Assembly: GCA_054600435.1 (NCBI GenBank)
Contig: BAAIJX010000070.1
Span: forward strand, 1-64,000
Origin: Neophaeotheca triangularis
Taxonomy: Eukaryota
Direction of reading: 5' to 3'
DNA: 64,000 nucleotides
Position numbers and translations under genes: made by a program. The notes under the pieces were generated by a model that was given only the letters and a program-made list of their open reading frames with translations, had not been told where the DNA came from and made no database searches. This document shows, piece by piece, positions 58,107-64,000 of this stretch. Each line of letters opens with the position of its first letter. The stretch's first letter is position 1.

Positions 58107-59629
58107 TCAAACCCACTCCGGATCCACCAACCGTCTAAAAACAGCCACAAACTTCCTCCCCCCATTCCGTCCCACCTTCTGCCCCTCCTCAGTCGCCCCC
58201 TCCATAACAGCAACCTTCCAATCCCCCCTCTGCTCCTCCTCCCCCACCCTCTCAAAACTCGCATGTCCCTCAAAATGCCCCACCATCCACAAATGCAAGT
58301 CCTCCACATCCGTGATGGTGTAAACTTTCCCGCCAGGCCGGAGGACGAAAGCGTATTCCGAGTTGAGGGTTGGCGAGACGATGCGTTGTTTGTGTTTGCG
58401 AGCTTTGAAGTGCGGGTCGGGGAAGCAGAGGAAGAGGGCCGAGAGCTGATGGCGGAAGAAGAGGTTGGGGAGGAATTTCATGCTGTTGTGCCGCAGACAG
58501 GAGACGTTTTGGAAATCGTGGGTTGGGGCGTCTGTGGCGGTGGAAGCGGAGTCGACGGTGCTAGGTGCGGTGGTCGCGGTTTCGCTTTCCTCCTGGTCTG
58601 GAGCGTTTTGCGTGGTCGAGGTCTGCGGTTTGCCGTTTGTCGTCGAGCCTTCTTCGTGTTGTTTCCGCAAGGCGACGACTTTGTCTCTTACGAACTCGGT
58701 GACGGAACTCCGGATTTCTAGCCCGAGGAGCAAGGTTTCTGGCATTCGGGGTGCGAGGGCAAAGAGCAGCCCACCGAAACCGCAGCCAATGTCCGCAATC
58801 TCTACTTGTTTTGAGAGACGCTGAGGTGGAGCCGTTGAAACCGCTGGGTCGTTGGACACGTTTGCGTCTTGAGTATCGTTCGCATCGTTGACTCCGTTGG
58901 AGACTTTGCGGTCAATCGGTGAAAACTCTTTTGTCGCACTCGCTACGTCCTCCACGACAAAGTTGGGATAGTGCTGCGACCAATCCATCGATTCAGGAGA
59001 CACTGGACTAAAACACAAAAAGGTCAGCTCAAATTCTCTCGTAGTCTCAACTGCCCACTCGCCACGATTGCTCCCCAGCTTGATTCCAGCATCCAAGCCC
59101 ACAAAACCACCCCAGCCCGTCCTAACCTAGGCTCGCAAACTCAGTCTCAACTCCACAAGTCCCGAATCCTCTCCCAATTTCAAAGCCCACCTAAGCTCTT
59201 AAGACCTTCTCCCTCAAACCCCTCATTCTCTTTCCCGCAGCATTGCGCCGCTTGCCAAGACTGCAACTACAACCCGGCTCAGTCCTCAAAGTCAACCCTA
59301 ACCACACCCCACCAACCTCGAAATCCACCTCTGCTATTCCAAGCCCCAAACCCACGCACACCACCCCCCCTCCCCACCTCCCTAGCCCATTCCCCTCTTC
59401 ACCCAGGACCAGCCGAAACCAGCCAGACCCGCAAGAGAAAAAAAAGAGGTAAAGGGGAAAGGGGGCAAAGAAAAAAAAAGAAAGAGAAGACTCACTACTG
59501 TAAATGATGATCACTAAAAACATTGGCATGAGCCCGCTGGCGATAAAATTTCTTCTGGGGCAGAGCGGCCTCGCCACGCGTCTCACGGGCTTCTTCGCGC
59601 TTTTGCTTCTTCGAGGGCGGGCCTGCCAT
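58107..59629 (-). CDS. TRM8: tRNA (guanine-N7)-methyltransferase
   Basis: Exon 1 MAGPPSKK...LPQKKFYRQRAHANVFSDH. Intron 59008-59495. Then ADIGCGFGGLL, GLEIR, NSMKFLPN, FPDPHFK, TEEGQKV.RN. Confidence 0.95.
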
Positions 59630-60463
59630 TTTCCCTCACAAAAAGCTTTTTTGTCGCTTGAGGACAGGAGGCGGTGCAGCTGGGGGCGCGTTTTCTGTGG
59701 CGGAGGCCGATCGACAGGGGCGGGAAGTGGGATTCTTGTCTTGGGGTTTGGTGTTTTTGGCTGGGGCCGGGATGTCGCGGTTTTGTGAAGTGCTCGGGGC
59801 CTGGGGATTGAAGATTGAAGGCGAAGCTTGGAGGTGGCGTGGGTTTAAACTTTCAGATTGGCTTAGTCATCTTCGTAGGTCTTCAAGGGTGTAAACGTTG
59901 ACGGTGAAGTATAGAGTCACGATATAGAGAATACGCCCATTACTCTACAAAGTACCAAGCAGCAGTAAAGAAACCAGTCTGACGAAGCAGTAGCGAAGCA
60001 ACAGAAGCAATAAACCCCACGTCGCTTCCGCTTGAATGATTTCTGCGAAAAGCCCTATCCACCACTCTTAGGCACTGGATGCCAGATCCATACATCCCTC
60101 TCCAGCTACCGTAGCGAAAATGACCGAAACATGAAAATGCAAATGAACAAGAAACAAAACACCATCCCTCGCGAAAACTATACAATAGCCACGGCTATCC
60201 ACCGTAGCAAGCACCCGCGAGATCTCCCAGCTCGATCTCATGAAAAAGCGAAAACGACAATCCTATTTGTAGTAACAGTAGTAATGAATCGAGTCGTGAG
60301 TCGTGTAACCAACCCGGCCAGAACGCTGAAAGAAGAAACAACACGAACGGATGGCGAACAGAGCCCTATCAAGTCTTCCACAGGCTGGCAAGCGAGACTG
60401 GAAACCTTCTACTCCTGCCATCCGCCCTCCACCGCCTGACCCGCCCAATCCCTCCCTCTCCAA

Positions 60464-61598
60464 TTACCGGAACTCCATAGCCTGCACACACCCTCTATCC
60501 TCCACATGCCTCAACTCCAATTGTTGATATCGCTCACTTTTGGAATGGAAATAAATTCCACTGACCGTCCCCTTAGCCTGATTGAAACAAATATAATAGA
60601 ATCCCTCGAAACTAGCACCCGTGATAGTCCTGACGCGATGATCCGGGACGAGGAAATACTCTTTCCACCGCATAAACAGGTGTTCGCGCTCTTGGTAATT
60701 GTGGAGGGTGAAGTTCGGGGTGCGTTTTATTTGCGCGGCAAGCGGGCGCCAGGGTGGGAAGCGCGCCCAGTGTTGGAGGTCGATTTTTTCGGTCGCGCCC
60801 CAGGAGGGATGCGTTGTGCGGAATGTGTGTTTGGGGCTGATTATCTCGCCTTCGAAGTAGGTGGTTAGGGTTGGGTGGTTGTCTGTTAGGCCTGGGTGGG
60901 GGTTAGTTTCGTGGAGGAGGGTTGAGGTGAGTGGATGGGTGGTTTACCTTGGATGCGGAGGTAGCCGCAGAGGAAGGATTCAGCCATGTTTACGTCTTTG
61001 ATCTCGACTTGGACGTCGTAGACCTGACGGTCGGATTGTTGGGTGCCGTGGAATTTACTTCCCGGACGGAGGAAGGACGAAGTCGTGCTCGTAGGGAGCT
61101 GTGGGGAGCAGGTTAGCATGGCGATTCTAACCGCTGCAGATATCCTGCGAGACTTGCTCTTTGTCTGTCGCTTGTGATCGAGGGTTGCTGCGCCAGAGGT
61201 GAGGGAGATAGCTCCGCGCGCGACATGGACTGCGCTAGTCGCGCATCGTTGTCGCTGCATGTGTCCGGTACAGGCGCTGGACCGGAAGTCTCGACACCAC
61301 TGTCTTCGTCTAGCATGCTATCGTCATCTTCCTTCTCTTGCGATTCTGTAGAGAGAGCGTTCTCGGCAGAAGCGGCGGCTTCGGCTTGTGCATCTTGAAG
61401 TTCTTCCCTTTGCGTGATCATGTCTCGCATTTGAGCAGTTTCCTCTTCGCTCAGTTCGTGTGACGGAGAGCGTTGGATGACATTGTGCGATTGGGGATCT
61501 CTTAACGCCTCATCTGGCGGGCAGGAGAGATGTGAGGTCGGGCTGTCTTGGGGCGTTTCTTGCGCTGGGGGGAGAGTTGTGTCGCTTGGAGTCGGCAT
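60464..61598 (-). CDS. GID4: GID complex substrate receptor Gid4/Vid24
   Basis: SSFLRPGSKFHGTQQS, FLCGYLRIQG, MRWKEYFLVPDHRV..I.GASFEGFYYICF, GIYFHSKSE.YQQLEL. Two introns. Confidence 0.9.
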
Positions 61599-62134
61599 GA
61601 CGATGGCGTAATGATTGGCTACCTTACGTGCTGGCTGGCTGGCGGTGATGTTCAAGGATACATTACAGGGACGGTACACGGTTGACGTATGTGGGCTGGA
61701 TATATGGAGAGTTGTGTGAGAGGCAAAGGAGGTAGATAGGAAGAGTTAAAGATATTGGTCGTCGGTTGAAGTAGGATGGAGACGACCTCGAGACCGGGAG
61801 GAAGGCGAACGGTCGGAACATCACACGACCCCAGAGTCCACGGCTCAGGTTGTGGGGAAAGGCGAACCATAGCCAAATCCGGTAATCCACCAGAGACGCC
61901 GCCAAGAAGAAACATCCAAACATCCAAACATCCAAACATTTAAACATCTGTTAGAAAAAGAGACAATGCTACACATCCCAAGTCTTGCTATTCGCATAAT
62001 GTCGACAACGCGCTGCTTCTAAGCAGCGCAATCCTCGGCCTCGCATCCGCAGAAGTGCCACGCCAATTTCGCCGCAACACCATCGCTGAATCCATGTCTC
62101 GTAAAAGACGCCTCTTTCCCGAGCTCGCCGTAGT

Positions 62135-63021
62135 CTAGAGTTCCGTAGTCCCTCCAATCGCAGAGCCGTGGATGGGTTTGATCTTCTCATGGGTTAGAAA
62201 AGGGTTCGCCGTGAAGCATGTTGGGGACGACGAATACCATAAAGTTCAAGCCAATGAGGGAGAACATCATTTGCTTGAGGTCGAGAGTGAGGTAGTGAAA
62301 TACCTTGAGGCCTTCGGGGTCGGCGGAGTCATTGATTTCGGCCATGGTGCTGATTTTTGCGGTCTGGAGTAGCAGAGGTGTTAGTCTGATCACTGACCGG
62401 GAGCATGCTAGAACTGCAAACTTGCCTCGAATGAGATGTGTTGGTTGCCCATGCGGATTTCCAACTCAGAGCGACCATCCTTGTTCTTGACTGGCCATTT
62501 GGTGTCGTCCTCCCTGTTGACGTACGTTAGCGCCACGAGCTTTCAAAAGATGCAGGCGTGAGGGTGGACTTACTTCATAATCTCGCTGTCCTTGATGATC
62601 TGCTTGATTTGGTCGATAACGAGGTTGCTCACGCAGACTGGAAGGACATGTCAGTGTATATTCTCTGCATAGAAATAGTGGAGGGCTTGCTCACAGGTTC
62701 TCTGGACGATACCCTCATCGCGGTACTTTGTGTTGTTGGCGTAGCGGGCGAGAGCGGATTTGCCGTCGGGGTTGGTTTGAAAATCGTACTCTACGGGCGA
62801 CGGAGTTAGTTGGTCGTTCGGTAATGTATTATGTGTTTACGTAGAGGATATACCGAGAAATTCGTGGCCGTATCTACCAACGTAGCCGGAGCTGCAAGAA
62901 TTGTTAGCTTTGGCTCGGTGAGGGTTTCCATGCTGAGTCCGCAAAGGATTGGCAGAGGCGGCGCGCAGATTAAAAGTAGGTAAACTTACTAGTAGCGCAC
63001 GTAGAAACGCTCGTCGGCCAT
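62135..63021 (-). CDS. MAGO: Mago nashi (exon junction complex core), divergent, 7 exons
   Basis: Assembled by hand: FYVRYYSG...GHEFLEY...RYANN...KQIIKDSEIMKEDD..WP.KNKDGR.ELEI...HISFETAKI...DPEGLKVF...IKPI. One GC-AG intron (62364-62425). Confidence 0.88.
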
Positions 63022-63478
63022 GTTGGATGCTCTCGAGTGTAGATAATATTGTGAGTTCTTGCTATTTGGTATTGAAGAAGTTCTCGGCAAAGGTCGCTCG
63101 CTGTTGGTGAAGGTCAAGGCAAGCTTGTCGGCCATTCGTAACGCCAAGGCCAGCTTTTCTGGACACGGGGAAGCTCAAGTCGAGGAACGGGACCGACGAC
63201 GACAGACAGCAACATCACCTCTCCACCACCAACTTCCACAACCACCACCGACACCGCCAACCTCAACTTCGCCCCTGTCTCCCGATTTCCACAACAACAA
63301 CATCTCTTCCGAATCCGGCTGTAATACTCCCAATCCCCCGCTCGCCGTACTCCTTCCGACAGGCAAGCTTGAATAGCAAAGAGCATAGTGTGGACAGGGC
63401 TGGCTTCTGCTCTCACTACGCGCAGACCGCGAGGAAGACTGGCCCACCTACAGACAACCCCCCAACTCGTCACCCAAT

Positions 63479-64000
63479 ATGGCCACCTTCCTAGAGAATT
63501 CCTACAGCTTGGTGCACCAAGACTATGTCTCGGACGCATCCTCACTGCCTGAGCTGCGAACGCAACTGGAAAAGGGCAACGACGAGAGCAAGGTAGAAAC
63601 GATGAAACGTATCCTGACTGTCATGCTGAATGGAGACCCAATGCCACAACTGCTCATGCACATTATACGATTCGTCATGCCGAGTAAAAGCAAAGCGCTG
63701 AAGAAGCTGCTATACCTCTACTACGAGATATGCCCCAAACTCGACGCCAATGGCAAGCTGAAGCAGGAGATGATTCTCGTTTGGTATAGCCAGACCTTCC
63801 AACAACAATGATCTACCCCCATACTAACCCCTTTCTCAGCAACGGCATCCGCATGGACCTCCAACACGCCAACGAATACATCCGAGGCAACACTCTGCGC
63901 TTCCTCTGTAAACTCCGCGAACCCGAGCTCATCGAACCCCTCCTCGCCCCTGCCCGCGCATGCCTCGAACATCGTCACTCGTACGTCCGCAAGAACGCCG
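63479..64000 (+). CDS. SEC26: Coatomer beta subunit (5' part, runs off the window)
   Basis: [30 protein letters not shown]...LKQEMILV | [30 protein letters not shown]. Confidence 0.95.

Noticed and set aside
1..64000. tRNA or rRNA genes
   Set aside because: None recognised by eye. A tRNAscan/Infernal run would be needed to exclude them.

Overview
Chromosome end of a filamentous ascomycete, probably a Dothideomycete. Evidence: (CCCTAA)n telomere, RIP-like TpA-rich relics, and short GT-AG introns with CTRAC branch points. From left to right: telomere (1-119); RIP-degraded subtelomere (~120-1500); an accessory block of mostly secreted enzymes and membrane proteins (~1.8-15 kb); a RIP-damaged Tc1/mariner relic (~15.7-16.4 kb). 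Core genes follow: HSP78, EFB1 with an intronic U18/snR18-like snoRNA, EMC5, MSH5, RPP40, a nucleoside hydrolase, CMC4, SUMO, a succinyl-CoA synthetase alpha/beta-like fusion, TRM8, GID4, a divergent mago nashi, and the start of beta-COP. The most striking element lies between 27 and 58 kb: a locally expanded family of apparently intronless ~880-aa proteins, with three intact copies and at least four broken or partial ones. Six copies end in a small domain with a G-[SAC]-x-x-x-F ... [HD]-x-[PR]-H-P signature that resembles bacterial HicA-type mRNA interferase toxins. The copies sit in inverted orientation around an island of core genes and show birth-and-death evolution. All family assignments come from reading motifs by eye, not from database searches.
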